Source: Chitinophagaceae bacterium (GTDB lineage Bacteria; Bacteroidota; Bacteroidia; Chitinophagales; JADJOU01). Taken from it: DNA of 64,000 nt. The notes under the pieces were generated by a model. That model worked only from the letters and a program-made list of their open reading frames with translations. It was not told where the DNA came from and ran no database searches. Within the stretch, counting starts at the first letter, position 1; every line of letters begins with the position of its first letter. The DNA lies in NCBI GenBank assembly GCA_017495115.1, contig JAFEIJ010000045.1:18884-82883 (forward strand). The letters are read 5' to 3'. Made by a program: the position numbers and the translations under genes. Below, piece by piece: positions 8,625-19,801 of the stretch.

Positions 8625-10892
8625 ATGCATTTTTTAGATGAACTAAACGCAATTCAATACGAAGCAGTTACTGAAATTCATGGCCCAATTATGATTAATG
8701 CCGGTCCAGGTTCTGGTAAAACGCGTGTTTTGACCTATCGAATAGCATTTATGATGGAGCAAGGTATTGAGCCATTTAATATCTTGGCGCTTACGTTTAC
8801 GAATAAAAGTAGTAAGGAAATGCGCGAACGTATCGAAAAGATTGTAGGAAGCAAAGCAAGAAGTCTTTTTATGGGCACGTTTCACAGTGTTTTTGCTCGA
8901 ATATTAAGAACAAAAGCAGAGGCTTTGGGGTACACCAATAATTTTACAATATACGATACCGATGATGCCAAAAGTGTTTTAAAATCTATCGTTAAAGATT
9001 TTGCTTTAAATGATTCGATTTATAAACCAAATGTTCTTTATAATCGTATTTCTAATTTAAAAAATAATCTAGTCAATTACAATATATATTCTAAAAATCA
9101 AGAGTTGATTTATGAAGATGAGGAAGCACATCGGCCTAAATTTGGTGAAGTTTTTAAAGAATATACAAAAAGATGTATGAAAAATAATGCCATGGATTTT
9201 GATGATTTACTCATTAAATTCTATGAATTAATTCTGCGATTTCCAGAAACACTTTATGAATTTCAACATAAGTTTCAATATATACTCATCGATGAGTTTC
9301 AGGATACCAATCGAGCGCAGTATATGATTGTAAAAAAAATTGCAGATGTGCATCAGAATATCTGTGTGGTTGGTGATGATAGCCAAAGTATTTATGCCTT
9401 TAGAGGCGCAAGTATTGATAATATTTTAAACTTTAAAAAAGATTATCCTGATTTAAAAGTTTTTAAATTAGAGCAAAATTATAGAAGTTCTCAAATTATT
9501 GTAAATGCAGCCAATGCGCTTATAAAACATAATAAAAATCAAATTGAAAAAACCATTTGGACCGAAAATGAAAAAGGTCAAGAAATCGCCGTAATGCGTG
9601 CTTTTTCAGATAATGATGAAGGAAAAATGGTGGTGGATAAAATTTTAGAACAATCTTTAACAAAGCAAATTAAGTATCAAGATATTGCCATTTTATATCG
9701 AACAAATAATCAATCGAGAAGCTTTGAAGAGGCGCTTCGTAGAAAAAATATTCCTTACATTATTTATGGAGGGCTGTCTTTTTATCAAAGAAAAGAAGTA
9801 AAAGATCTTTTGGCTTATTTAAAAGTAACGGTAAATCCTTATGAAGAAGAATCGCTCAAACGAATTATAAATTATCCAATTCGTGGGATAGGAGATACAA
9901 GTGTTAATAAAATGCTTTTGTTTGCAAGGCAAGAAAACAAACAATTATGGGACGTAGTATGTGAAATCGAAAAATACAAAGAGCATTTTCAAGCACGAGC
10001 TATTAATACGATTACAGAATTTAGAATGATGATTCAATCCTTTCATTTGCAGCAAGATATGAATGCACATGAATTGGCACATCACATCGCTAAAACTTCT
10101 AAAATTATTGGGGAATTATATGCCGATAAAAGTGTTGAAGGAATTAGTCGCTTTGAGAACTTGCAGGAATTAATCAATAGTATAAAAGAATTTGTTGAAA
10201 ATGATGAAGTTATAGAAAATCAAGAATTAGAATCGGATAAATCACTAGGTAGTTTTTTACAATCTGTTACGCTTTTGACGGATCAAGATAAAAACAAAGA
10301 TAATGAAGAATGTATAAAATTGATGACCATTCATGCTTCTAAAGGTTTGGAGTTTAAAAGTGTATTTCTTGTTGGTATGGAAGAAAGGCTTTTCCCGAGT
10401 GAACGTTCATCGTATTCCCTTGAAGACTTAGAAGAGGAACGCCGTTTATTCTATGTAGCGGTAACCCGAGCCGAACGATTTCTTACGATGAGTTTTTCAA
10501 CGTCAAGGTACAAATTTGGCAAAATAGATATGTGCGAACCTTCACGATTTTTATCTGAATTGCCTAAAGAGATTTTAGATATTCAATTTACAACTTCAGA
10601 GCAAAATGAAACGAATTCAAATCCATCCAATCCAATTCATAAGAATTATCAAAGAAATAATCAATTAATCAATACAATAAAGTCTACGAATAATATTCAG
10701 AAAATACCGACTGATTTTAAACCGGATCATCCTGATAAACTTGAAGTTGGAATGCGCGTAATGCATCAAAATTTTGGTGAAGGAAATATCGTAGGCATTG
10801 ATGGAGATGCCGATAAAAAAGTAGCTAGTATTATGTTTGGAGGAACGGAAAGACGTATAATGCTCAAATTTGCAAAATTGCAGATTCTATAA
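8625..10892 (+). CDS. uvrD: ATP-dependent DNA helicase, UvrD/PcrA/Rep family
   Basis: Superfamily 1 helicase motifs are present: GPGSGKT, DEFQDTN, VGDDSQSIYAFRGA, QNYRSS, TIHASKGLEF and LFYVAVTRAE. Confidence 0.9.
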   Translation: MHFLDELNAIQYEAVTEIHGPIMINAGPGSGKTRVLTYRIAFMMEQGIEPFNILALTFTNKSSKEMRERIEKIVGSKARSLFMGTFHSVFARILRTKAEALGYTNNFTIYDTDDAKSVLKSIVKDFALNDSIYKPNVLYNRISNLKNNLVNYNIYSKNQELIYEDEEAHRPKFGEVFKEYTKRCMKNNAMDFDDLLIKFYELILRFPETLYEFQHKFQYILIDEFQDTNRAQYMIVKKIADVHQNICVVGDDSQSIYAFRGASIDNILNFKKDYPDLKVFKLEQNYRSSQIIVNAANALIKHNKNQIEKTIWTENEKGQEIAVMRAFSDNDEGKMVVDKILEQSLTKQIKYQDIAILYRTNNQSRSFEEALRRKNIPYIIYGGLSFYQRKEVKDLLAYLKVTVNPYEEESLKRIINYPIRGIGDTSVNKMLLFARQENKQLWDVVCEIEKYKEHFQARAINTITEFRMMIQSFHLQQDMNAHELAHHIAKTSKIIGELYADKSVEGISRFENLQELINSIKEFVENDEVIENQELESDKSLGSFLQSVTLLTDQDKNKDNEECIKLMTIHASKGLEFKSVFLVGMEERLFPSERSSYSLEDLEEERRLFYVAVTRAERFLTMSFSTSRYKFGKIDMCEPSRFLSELPKEILDIQFTTSEQNETNSNPSNPIHKNYQRNNQLINTIKSTNNIQKIPTDFKPDHPDKLEVGMRVMHQNFGEGNIVGIDGDADKKVASIMFGGTERRIMLKFAKLQIL

Positions 10893-10895
10893 TTT

Positions 10896-12158
10896 TTACA
10901 CACCTTTTATCCAAGACGATGGATTTTGTTTATTACTAAAATGCCATATTTGAATATGTGTAAATGCATAGCCTAAATCGCTACTGTATGCACATTTGCC
11001 AATGTTTTGCCTTGCATTCACCTCGCTACCTATTGAAACATTGACGCTACTCAAATGCGAATACAAAGTAAAATAATCGCCATGTTTTACCAATACGCTG
11101 GTTTCATAATTTGGCATATCAAAAATTTGAACCACTTTGCCATTATACATGCATAAAACATCGGCATTGTTTGAAGTTTTAATATCAATACCATTGTTTT
11201 CTATTATCAATTCAGGAGCTATGGGATGCGGTTGACGACCAAATCGTGAAACGACAACACCTGTTTTAACAGGGAGCGGCAGAGATCCTTTACTACCTAG
11301 AAAGCTAGAACTTAATACGGCATTATGCGAGTTCGCATAAATTTCCTCAACGGAAGATGGTTTTTTTGCCGATGGATTATTTTTTCTTTTCTCTTCTATT
11401 TCTCTTTGTTTGGCAATATCTCGTTCCCTTTGTTTACGGATTTCTTCCTCGATAACTTGCTTAATTCTATTATTTACATTAATCGCAGCTCTATTTTTCT
11501 CTGCAATTTTCTTTTTTAAATCTTCAAGTTCCGCGCCTATATTTTTAACCATCATATCGCGTTTACTTTTTTCCACTTCAAGTGCTACTTGATTTTGTTT
11601 ATTCGATTCCACGACATTGGCTTTCTCTACTTTCGATTTCTTGAGTTCTTCAACCCGCTCTTGCATTCTTCCAATAATATTTTCTAAAATTTTAGTTTGT
11701 TTTTTTGTGTAGTTCGTATATTTTCGAATATATTTTATTCGATTCCATGCTTCTCTAAAGTTTGAAGATTCCAATAAAAATGCTAATTTGTTCGTATAAT
11801 TATTTTCCAAATTTTTATACTGCCATAAAATGAGTTTGGTATACTCTTTTTTATATAATTCGGCATCTTTTTTATTTTTATCAACTTCTTGTTCCCGATA
11901 TCCAAGTTCTTTTTGTATAATTTGAAGTTGGTTTTCGGTGTTTTGAATCAGTTTTTTTCGAGTTTCAATTTTTTGATTAAAAACCTCTATTTCTTTTAAA
12001 CTGATATTTTGTAGTGCTTTTCTTTTTTTAATATCTGCTTCAAGTTGTCTAATTTCATTTTGTAGTGCTTTATATTCTTTTTGTAACTTTTGTTTTTGAG
12101 ATTGACCAAAAGTTACATTTATTATAAAAATTAAAAAAAGTAGGTGTAAGAATTTCAT
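10896..12158 (-). CDS. EnvC-like murein hydrolase activator (coiled coil + degenerate LytM/M23 domain)
   Basis: Signal peptide, then ~250 aa of K/E-rich coiled coil, then a C-terminal M23 fold (VKHGDYFTLYSHLSS). The metal ligands are not conserved: NNGIDI replaces HxGxD, and there is no HLH. Confidence 0.75.
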   Translation of the reverse strand: MKFLHLLFLIFIINVTFGQSQKQKLQKEYKALQNEIRQLEADIKKRKALQNISLKEIEVFNQKIETRKKLIQNTENQLQIIQKELGYREQEVDKNKKDAELYKKEYTKLILWQYKNLENNYTNKLAFLLESSNFREAWNRIKYIRKYTNYTKKQTKILENIIGRMQERVEELKKSKVEKANVVESNKQNQVALEVEKSKRDMMVKNIGAELEDLKKKIAEKNRAAINVNNRIKQVIEEEIRKQRERDIAKQREIEEKRKNNPSAKKPSSVEEIYANSHNAVLSSSFLGSKGSLPLPVKTGVVVSRFGRQPHPIAPELIIENNGIDIKTSNNADVLCMYNGKVVQIFDMPNYETSVLVKHGDYFTLYSHLSSVNVSIGSEVNARQNIGKCAYSSDLGYAFTHIQIWHFSNKQNPSSWIKGV

Positions 12159-12823
12159 TATCTAGAAAAAGGCATATTTTGAGGGTTATTTAATTCAATT
12201 TTTTCAATATTAAAAATAATTTCCAAAGGATTTTCATTTTGCTTTACGATTTTTAATCTTCTATTGTAAGCCCAATTTTCTTTGTAATTAGGTATTGGTT
12301 TAAATGTTTCAATAAATCCTTCACAAAAGTTAAGAGACTCTTTGTTTAAAATCTGAAAGCTTTTTATTTGATTCTTAGTATCAAAAATAAATTTTCGATG
12401 AGTAAATGAATCCTCAGCAACGGATAAAGTGTCTTCAATTTCTTTACTTTTAAATATTTCGTTGACTTTGGTTTTATCACAATTAAAAAAAATATACTTA
12501 AAGTCATTGAAAGAAAGAGGAAAAGGAATATATTGATTTTCCGACTTAATATCCATCGCTTCAAAAATATTATCAATTTTATTTTTCAAAAAAATAGAAT
12601 CTTTCATAATTAATAATCGGCCTCCTTCAATTCCCATAAAACCGGTAAAAGACATCCAAATACTATCTTTAAGATTAGAACGAATTTGCGTCGAATATGT
12701 TTCTTTTTGATCCATATACGACACGGTCATTTCAGCTTTCATTTTTATAAAATAAATAGAATCATTTCCAAAAATTGTATTTTGAAAGGAAATTAAAATT
12801 AGTAAAATGAATAACTTATTCAT
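12158..12823 (-). CDS. DUF4292-like (LolB-like fold) outer-membrane lipoprotein
   Basis: 221 aa with a signal peptide. It sits between the TPR protein and the M23/EnvC-like gene, the position DUF4292 occupies in Flavobacteriia as I recall. The call rests on context and general pattern only. Confidence 0.55.
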   Translation of the reverse strand: MNKLFILLILISFQNTIFGNDSIYFIKMKAEMTVSYMDQKETYSTQIRSNLKDSIWMSFTGFMGIEGGRLLIMKDSIFLKNKIDNIFEAMDIKSENQYIPFPLSFNDFKYIFFNCDKTKVNEIFKSKEIEDTLSVAEDSFTHRKFIFDTKNQIKSFQILNKESLNFCEGFIETFKPIPNYKENWAYNRRLKIVKQNENPLEIIFNIEKIELNNPQNMPFSR

Positions 12824-14546
12824 TCGATTCTATATATTTTTTTTCTGTGATTTTTTGCTTTAATACTTTATTACTATTTCCCGCATCCATCGATTTTTGC
12901 CAATAAATAACGGCCTTTTCGATATTACCTACTTTTGATAAAATATCTCCATAGTGTTCATAGATTGTTTTTTTATCTTCTTTTTCAATTTCTACAGCCT
13001 TTTCTTGATAAAGAAGTGCTTCTTGATATTGTCCAAGTTGAAAACAAATCCAAGCATAGGTGTCTAAAAACGATCCATTGTCGGGAGCAATATCTAAAGT
13101 TTTTCGACTCATTTTTTTAGCACGTTCTAATTGGTTTTTTCTTAAAGAAAGGTAATAGGCATAATTATTGAGTGTAAATGGATTATTCGGTTCTAATTTA
13201 ATGGCATTTTCATAGGCCTCATCCATTTCTTTATACTTTTTCTGTTTATGAAAAAGTTCACCTAAAGAATTGTATATTTGTGCTTCGAGCTTTGGATTGT
13301 CTCCTGCAAAACGAATTGCTTTTCTTAAACTTTTTTCGGAAATATTATATTGTTCAATTTGAAGATTAGCGATTCCATTAAAATAATGAACCAAAGGATT
13401 TGCAGGGAAATATTCTATTGCCGATTGTGAGCTATCCGCTAATTCTTTATATTTAGATAATGAGAATAATGTAGAAAATAGATTCTGCCATACTTCAAAA
13501 ATATCATTTCGATATTTTAAAGAGTTTTTATATGCTAAAGAGGCCTTTTCATTGTTTTCATTTAAAAAATGGAAATCACCTAAGATAGAATGCGATTTTG
13601 CGTCATTTGGATGAAAATCGGCGAGTTTCTCGGCTAAAAAAATGTAAAAACTTTTTTGAGACGGGTCTAATTTAGAAAAATTCATTAATCCATAACCAAG
13701 ATATGCAATTTTAGAATCCAATTCGATTTCCTTATTTTCAATTAATTTAATACTCGTATTTTTAAAAGCTAGAGTATCATTTTGTTTTAGGTAATAATTG
13801 CTCAAATAAATTAAAGCTTTTGGATTGGACGGTTCTATTAATAAAATATTTTGGAACGTTTTAAGAGCCAGTTCTTTTTTTAGATTATTGTCATAAAATT
13901 CGGCTAAAGTAACTTGATGCCTCATTTCGGTTGGATCTAAAATGATTAGTTTTTTTATTTCATTTTCAGCATTATTAAAGTCATTAAGCCTTAAATAAAT
14001 TTGATGTTTTTGAATATGAAGCATTTCGTGAGTAAGTCCTTTTTTTTCTGCTTGATTTAATACTTCAAGCGCTTTTTTATAATTTTCGGATTTAATCAGA
14101 ATATAGCTGAATTGCAAAATAGATTCAAGATCATTTGGCGCATTTTTAATAATTTGCTCATATAATTTGCTGGCTTTATCTACATCGCCACTTCTTGTAT
14201 AAAGCTCTACCAGGTACTCTTTAAACCAAGCATTATTGTCGTCAATAGAAACCGCCTTTTCTGCTAATTTGATTCCTTCGCTATATTTTTCTAATGAAAT
14301 ACAAATTTGTGATGCTTCAAAATGTGCGGCCGCATTTTGTGGTTGCTCTACGATAACTTTTTGCATCTTTTCCAATGCTTTTTCAAAGTTGCCTAAATTC
14401 TTTTCTTTCATGGCATCGATATACAATTCGGTAGCCTGAATTTCTTTTTCCGAAATTTTAATATCTTTAGTTGATGTTTTATTTTGGCTTAAAACGAAGT
14501 TTAAACAAATTATAAATTGTAAAAAAATAAGAGCGAAATATTTCAT
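12816..14546 (-). CDS. Tetratricopeptide-repeat protein (secreted)
   Basis: 576 aa with a signal peptide and many 34-aa TPR-like repeats (A..Y....L....NP.A patterns). Confidence 0.8.
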   Translation of the reverse strand: MKYFALIFLQFIICLNFVLSQNKTSTKDIKISEKEIQATELYIDAMKEKNLGNFEKALEKMQKVIVEQPQNAAAHFEASQICISLEKYSEGIKLAEKAVSIDDNNAWFKEYLVELYTRSGDVDKASKLYEQIIKNAPNDLESILQFSYILIKSENYKKALEVLNQAEKKGLTHEMLHIQKHQIYLRLNDFNNAENEIKKLIILDPTEMRHQVTLAEFYDNNLKKELALKTFQNILLIEPSNPKALIYLSNYYLKQNDTLAFKNTSIKLIENKEIELDSKIAYLGYGLMNFSKLDPSQKSFYIFLAEKLADFHPNDAKSHSILGDFHFLNENNEKASLAYKNSLKYRNDIFEVWQNLFSTLFSLSKYKELADSSQSAIEYFPANPLVHYFNGIANLQIEQYNISEKSLRKAIRFAGDNPKLEAQIYNSLGELFHKQKKYKEMDEAYENAIKLEPNNPFTLNNYAYYLSLRKNQLERAKKMSRKTLDIAPDNGSFLDTYAWICFQLGQYQEALLYQEKAVEIEKEDKKTIYEHYGDILSKVGNIEKAVIYWQKSMDAGNSNKVLKQKITEKKYIESNE

Positions 14547-14576
14547 TATAGGGCTTCGTTTAATTTTTTAATAAAC

Positions 14577-15575
14577 TTATTGTATTTGACTATAATCGCC
14601 CAAGCTGTATTCTTCGGGCTTTCCTATTAAAACGGCTTTAGAGCCAATCATCGTATTTGAAAGTATTTTATTAACAATTTTTGTGCTATCTTGAATCAAA
14701 GCATCTTTGATTACACAATCTTCAATAATAGAATCTTTACCAATAGATACATAAGGTCCTACAATTGCATTTTTGATTACAACATGTTCATCTACAAAAC
14801 AAGGCGGAATAATTTGACTGTTAATGATTTGAGCAGAAGCACTAATTTTGTTAGCATCTTTAATAAGTACTTCACGATTGGATTCGACCGTAGCATTTTT
14901 ATTGCCACAATCCAACCATTGGTTCACCGTTCCTGGACGCATTTTAAGCCCTTCAATACGCATATTTTCTAAAACTGTTGTCAATTGGTATTCGCCTTTA
15001 TCCATTATATTTTTCTCGATAATATGCGAAATATCTTTTCTGAGCTTAGCGCCATCTTTGAAGTAATAAATTCCAATTATGGCTAAATCCGATACAAATG
15101 TCGTAGGTTTTTCTACAAAGCCATTGATAAGTCCTTTTTGGTCTAGAGCAATAACACCAAAAGCACTAGGATCTTCAATTTGTTTTACCCAAATTACAGC
15201 ATTACTTTCTTGGTCTAATCTAAAATCAGCTTCAAACATCGTATCCGCAAAACCTACTATTAAAGGTCCTTGGAGCGTGTCTTGCGCGCAAAAAATGGCG
15301 TGGGCTGTACCTAGAGGTTCTTCTTGATAAAAAATATGGCCAGTTGTATTATACTTTTCTGCTATTGCCAAAAGTTCTTTTTCAATTGTCGTTCCAAAAT
15401 CGTTTCGAATTATAAAACTGATTCCGTCTATTTTTTGATCTACGGTTTTGCAAATATTACTTACCAAACGCTCTACAATCGATTGCCCTGCAATTTTTAG
15501 CATTGGTTTTGGTACTGTTAAAGTATGTGGCCTTAATCGGCTCCCCCAACCTGCCATTGGAATAATAATCCTCAT
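14577..15575 (-). CDS. Sugar-phosphate nucleotidyltransferase with C-terminal left-handed beta-helix
   Basis: The N-terminal motif IIPMAGWGSRLRP...PKPML indicates an NTP-transferase fold. The C-terminal region carries hexapeptide-like repeats. Confidence 0.8.
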   Translation of the reverse strand: MRIIIPMAGWGSRLRPHTLTVPKPMLKIAGQSIVERLVSNICKTVDQKIDGISFIIRNDFGTTIEKELLAIAEKYNTTGHIFYQEEPLGTAHAIFCAQDTLQGPLIVGFADTMFEADFRLDQESNAVIWVKQIEDPSAFGVIALDQKGLINGFVEKPTTFVSDLAIIGIYYFKDGAKLRKDISHIIEKNIMDKGEYQLTTVLENMRIEGLKMRPGTVNQWLDCGNKNATVESNREVLIKDANKISASAQIINSQIIPPCFVDEHVVIKNAIVGPYVSIGKDSIIEDCVIKDALIQDSTKIVNKILSNTMIGSKAVLIGKPEEYSLGDYSQIQ

Positions 15576-15605
15576 GCTACTTATTTTATTTATTTTTTTT
15601 TAAAA

Positions 15606-16037
15606 CTATTTACCTGTACTTCCAAATCCTCCCGCACCTCGTTCTGAATCTGACAATTGAGATACATGTTCCCACGAAATGGATTCATATTTTTGAATGA
15701 CCATTTGAGCAATTCGATCTCCAGATTCGATTTTAAAAGGTTCGTTAGATAAATTAATTAAAATGACTTTGATTTCACCTCGATAATCGCTATCAATAGT
15801 TCCTGGCGTGTTTGGTACGGATATTCCATATTTTAATGCCATTCCACTTCTAGGGCGAACTTGTGCTTCATATCCTATCGGCAATTCTATAAATAAACCT
15901 GTAGGGACGGCCAAGCGCTCCATTGGTTTAATCGTAATAGATTCAGGTATAAATGCTCTTAAATCCATTCCTGCAGCACCGGCGGTTTCATAGGCAGGTA
16001 ATGGATTATTGGAATTATTTACAATTTTAACTTGCAT
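15606..16037 (-). CDS. dut: dUTP diphosphatase
   Basis: Motifs [24 protein letters not shown] and the C-terminal [10 protein letters not shown] are present. Confidence 0.92.
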   Translation of the reverse strand: MQVKIVNNSNNPLPAYETAGAAGMDLRAFIPESITIKPMERLAVPTGLFIELPIGYEAQVRPRSGMALKYGISVPNTPGTIDSDYRGEIKVILINLSNEPFKIESGDRIAQMVIQKYESISWEHVSQLSDSERGAGGFGSTGK

Positions 16038-16099
16038 ATTTTAATCTTAAAATTCTACAAATATAAAAAAACTTGACTAACAACTTCATTAAATTTGCT

Positions 16100-16107
16100 T
16101 ACATTTG
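16100..16107 (+). promoter_or_regulatory. -7 promoter box (TAnnTTTG) upstream of nadE
   Basis: TACATTTG lies 53 nt before the ATG. A second match, TAAATTTG, sits at 16090-16097. Confidence 0.4.
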
Positions 16108-16160
16108 TAGCTATTTAACAATTCTTGGATTTAACAAAGATATAGAAACTTTTTGTCGTT

Positions 16161-17792
16161 ATGAAAATAGCCATTTCTCAACAAAATTACATACTCGGTC
16201 ATTTTGATTTTAATATCAATAAAATTATTGTTGCAATTCAAAATGCAATAAAAGATCGTGCCGATTTAATAGTTTTTAGTGAACTGGCGATTTCGGGTTA
16301 TCCTCCTACGGATTTTTTAGAAATAAATGATTTTGTAAATAAAGGAATTGAAAAATTAAATCAATTGCTACCGTTTTCTAAAAATATTGCCATTTTGGTA
16401 GGTTTGCCAACAGTAAATCCAACAATTGAAGGAAAAGATTTATTTAATTCTGCGGCATTTTTATATAACGGAGAAATAAAAAAAATCATTAATAAAACGC
16501 TACTTCCAACTTATGATATTTTTGATGAATATCGATTTTTTGAACCTAATAATACTTTTGAATGTATCGAATTTAATGGTGAAAAAATTGCAGTAACCAT
16601 TTGTGAAGATATATGGAATATCGACAACGCCAATCCAATGTATTCGATATGTCCGATGGATATTTTAATAAAAGAAAATCCATCGCTGATGATAAACTTA
16701 TCGGCATCGCCATTTTCATACCAACATGCGGATATTCGTCAAGAAATTGTTCGTGACAATTGTAAAAAATACAATTTGCCAATGATTTATTGTAATAGCG
16801 TAGGAGCGCAAACCGAAGTTATTTTTGATGGCGGTTCTATGGCTTGTGATGCTGAAGGAAATACCATTTGTAGTTTAAAATATTTTGAAGAAGATTATGC
16901 TATAATTGATTTAAAAGATAAAAATCAATCGTTACATCAAAGTGAACATTGGGGGCGTTATGAACGTAAATACAATGCTTTAGTTTTAGGAATTCGAGAT
17001 TTTTTTCAAAAGTCTGGATTTCAAAAAGCCATTTTAGGCCTTTCGGGTGGAATTGATTCTGCGCTAACTTTAGCAATAGCTGTTGACGCGCTTGGGGCTG
17101 AAAATGTCTTAAGTGTCTTGATGCCTTCGGAATATAGTAGCTCGCATTCGGTAGATGATGCGTTGCAAATTTGTAAAAATTTAGGCAGCCCATATGAAAT
17201 TGTTTCAATCAAAGAAAGTTATCAAACGATGCTTGATACTTTAGCTCCAGTTTTTAATGGCGCACCTTTTAATGTGGCAGAAGAAAATATTCAAGCCCGT
17301 ATTCGTGGAATGATTTTAATGGCCATTTCAAATAAAAAAGGACATATTTTATTGAATACATCAAATAAGAGTGAAATGGCGGTTGGCTACGGAACGCTAT
17401 ATGGAGATATGTGCGGCGCTTTATCCGTTTTAGGAGATTTGTATAAAACCGAAGTCTATGAAATGAGCCGATATATCAATCGTAATCAAGAAATTATCCC
17501 TGTTAATACTATTGAAAAAGCACCAAGTGCCGAGCTAAGACCAAATCAAAAAGATCAGGATTCGTTGCCTCCTTATGAAATATTAGATGCAATTTTATTT
17601 GAGTATATCGAAAACCAGCAAAGCCCAGCCAATATAATTGATAAAGGATATGAAAGTGATTTAGTGTATCGAATTTTATCTATGGTTAATAGAAATGAGT
17701 TTAAACGCTTTCAAGCGCCACCCATCTTAAGAGTTTCGAGCAAAGCATTTGGTTTTGGCCGGAGAATGCCTTTAGTGGGTAAATATTTGTAG
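16161..17792 (+). CDS. nadE: Glutamine-dependent NAD+ synthetase
   Basis: An N-terminal CN-hydrolase domain (FSELAISGYPP, TICEDIW) is fused to a C-terminal NAD synthetase domain (GLSGGIDSA, SNKSEMAVGYGTLYGD). Confidence 0.92.
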   Translation: MKIAISQQNYILGHFDFNINKIIVAIQNAIKDRADLIVFSELAISGYPPTDFLEINDFVNKGIEKLNQLLPFSKNIAILVGLPTVNPTIEGKDLFNSAAFLYNGEIKKIINKTLLPTYDIFDEYRFFEPNNTFECIEFNGEKIAVTICEDIWNIDNANPMYSICPMDILIKENPSLMINLSASPFSYQHADIRQEIVRDNCKKYNLPMIYCNSVGAQTEVIFDGGSMACDAEGNTICSLKYFEEDYAIIDLKDKNQSLHQSEHWGRYERKYNALVLGIRDFFQKSGFQKAILGLSGGIDSALTLAIAVDALGAENVLSVLMPSEYSSSHSVDDALQICKNLGSPYEIVSIKESYQTMLDTLAPVFNGAPFNVAEENIQARIRGMILMAISNKKGHILLNTSNKSEMAVGYGTLYGDMCGALSVLGDLYKTEVYEMSRYINRNQEIIPVNTIEKAPSAELRPNQKDQDSLPPYEILDAILFEYIENQQSPANIIDKGYESDLVYRILSMVNRNEFKRFQAPPILRVSSKAFGFGRRMPLVGKYL

Positions 17793-17810
17793 CATTTTAC
17801 TAAAATCCAT

Positions 17811-17843
17811 AAAAAAAGCCTACATCAAATGTAGGCTTTTTTA
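17811..17843. terminator. Bidirectional rho-independent terminator between nadE and sucD
   Basis: The stem AGCCTACAT/ATGTAGGCT has a 3-nt loop and is flanked by an A-run on one side and a T-run on the other. Confidence 0.75.
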
Positions 17844-17860
17844 TGAAGAAAAAATATATT

Positions 17861-18733
17861 TTATTTTAACAAATTTGCCATTGTGATTCCGATTTCAGCA
17901 GGACTATCTACAACCGTTAATCCACATTCTCTCATAATAGCCATTTTTGCTGCAGCCGTGTCATCTTTGCCGCCAACGATGGCTCCAGCGTGCCCCATTG
18001 TTCGTCCAGCTGGTGCTGTTTGACCCGCAATAAATCCAACAACTGGTTTTTTATTTCCATTGGCTTTGATCCATCGGCTAGCTTCTGCTTCCATGCCGCC
18101 GCCAATTTCTCCAATCATTACAATAGCATCAGTCTCTGGATCGTTCATAAATAACTCAACCGCTTCTTTAGTCGTAGTTCCAATAATTGGATCACCACCA
18201 ATACCGATCGCTGTAGAAACGCCTAAGCCTGCTTTTACTATTTGATCTGCCGCTTCATAAGTAAGTGTTCCTGATTTAGAAACAATACCAATTCTTCCTT
18301 TTTTAAATACAAAACCTGGCATAATACCAACTTTAGCCTCTTCTGGTGTAATAACACCCGGGCAGTTAGGGCCGATTAAACGCGTATTTGAAGCTTCTAC
18401 TGCTGCTTTTACTTTTACCATATCTTGAACAGGAATACCTTCTGTAATACAAACTACGGTTTCTATACCCGCAGCAACCGCTTCTAAAACACTATCCGCA
18501 GCAAATGCTGGTGGAACAAAAATTATGGAAACGTTGCAACCTGTAGCTTTTCTTGCATCTTCTACAGTATTAAAAACAGGAAGATTTAAATGTTGCTGAC
18601 CACCTTTGCCTGGAGTTACTCCACCTACAACGGGTGTTCCGTATTCAATCATTTGTTCTGCATGAAAAGTTCCTTCTTTTCCGGTAAAACCTTGAACGAT
18701 TATTTTAGAATTTTTATTAACGATAACTGACAT
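17861..18733 (-). CDS. sucD: Succinate--CoA ligase (ADP-forming) subunit alpha
   Basis: Full-length match to the SucD pattern: [12 protein letters not shown], the SKSGTLTYE region, and the MGHAGAI phosphohistidine loop. Confidence 0.95.
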   Translation of the reverse strand: MSVIVNKNSKIIVQGFTGKEGTFHAEQMIEYGTPVVGGVTPGKGGQQHLNLPVFNTVEDARKATGCNVSIIFVPPAFAADSVLEAVAAGIETVVCITEGIPVQDMVKVKAAVEASNTRLIGPNCPGVITPEEAKVGIMPGFVFKKGRIGIVSKSGTLTYEAADQIVKAGLGVSTAIGIGGDPIIGTTTKEAVELFMNDPETDAIVMIGEIGGGMEAEASRWIKANGNKKPVVGFIAGQTAPAGRTMGHAGAIVGGKDDTAAAKMAIMRECGLTVVDSPAEIGITMANLLK

Positions 18734-18821
18734 AAAGTATATGATTTTGTAATTTAGGCAAAGATAATTTTTTTTGTGAAACTCGTTTGAAATATTTATT
18801 TTTTTTGAAGAAATGTATATC

Positions 18822-19775
18822 TTACATCATCGAATAAATGATATCTTTTACCGAAACGCCATCGGCTTCGGCTTGATAATTTTTAAAAATACGATGGTCT
18901 AGAACGGCAATGGCTACCTCTTTTACATCTTCAATGTCTGGAGTATATTTTCCCTTTGAAATCGCAACACATTTAGCGCCAAGTATTAAGTTTTGCGATG
19001 CTCTTGGTCCAGCACCCCACGAAATATATTTTTTCACCATTTCAGGAGCCGAAGGATTGTTTGGTCGTGTATTGGAAACCAATCGAACCGCATATTCAAA
19101 AACATTATCGGTAACCGGAATCCGTTGCACTAAATTTTGTATTTCTATGATTTCTTCAATATTCATTATTTTATTGAGTTCATAATCTTGAGGTTGTGTG
19201 GTGCTTTTTACAATATGTAATTCTTCTTCAAAATTTGGATAATCTAAATAAAGACTAAACATAAAACGATCTAATTGCGCTTCGGGTAGGGGATACGTTC
19301 CTTCTTGTTCTATTGGATTTTGAGTAGCCATAACAAAGAATGGCGCAGGAAGTGTGTATGTCGTACCGGCTACTGTAATTCGTTTTTCTTGCATTGCCTC
19401 TAAAAGGGCACTCTGTGTTTTTGGAGGCGTTCGGTTGATCTCATCGGCTAAAATCATATTGGCAAACATAGGACCAGGTGAAAAAATAAATTGTTTGTCT
19501 TTATCCAAAATCTCGGTTCCTACAATATCCGTTGGCATTAAATCAGGAGTAAATTGAATTCTTTTAAACGATAAATCTAAAACTTGAGAAATTGTACTCA
19601 CTAATTTTGTTTTTGCTAAACCCGGAACTCCGATGAGCAAACAATGTCCTCCACAAAACAAAGAAATTAAGGTTTGATGAATGACCTCGTGTTGCCCAAT
19701 GATTTGTTTGCCTATTTCTTTTTTTAAAAGAGCAAATTTTTCTTGAAATTGATCTACCGCTAATACGTCATTCAT
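18822..19775 (-). CDS. MoxR-family AAA+ ATPase
   Basis: Walker A GVPGLAKT and Walker B ILADEINR are present. [20 protein letters not shown] is diagnostic of the MoxR/RavA group. Confidence 0.9.
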   Translation of the reverse strand: MNDVLAVDQFQEKFALLKKEIGKQIIGQHEVIHQTLISLFCGGHCLLIGVPGLAKTKLVSTISQVLDLSFKRIQFTPDLMPTDIVGTEILDKDKQFIFSPGPMFANMILADEINRTPPKTQSALLEAMQEKRITVAGTTYTLPAPFFVMATQNPIEQEGTYPLPEAQLDRFMFSLYLDYPNFEEELHIVKSTTQPQDYELNKIMNIEEIIEIQNLVQRIPVTDNVFEYAVRLVSNTRPNNPSAPEMVKKYISWGAGPRASQNLILGAKCVAISKGKYTPDIEDVKEVAIAVLDHRIFKNYQAEADGVSVKDIIYSMM

Positions 19776-19801
19776 AATTTTATAAAATAAAAATTAATTA
19801 A

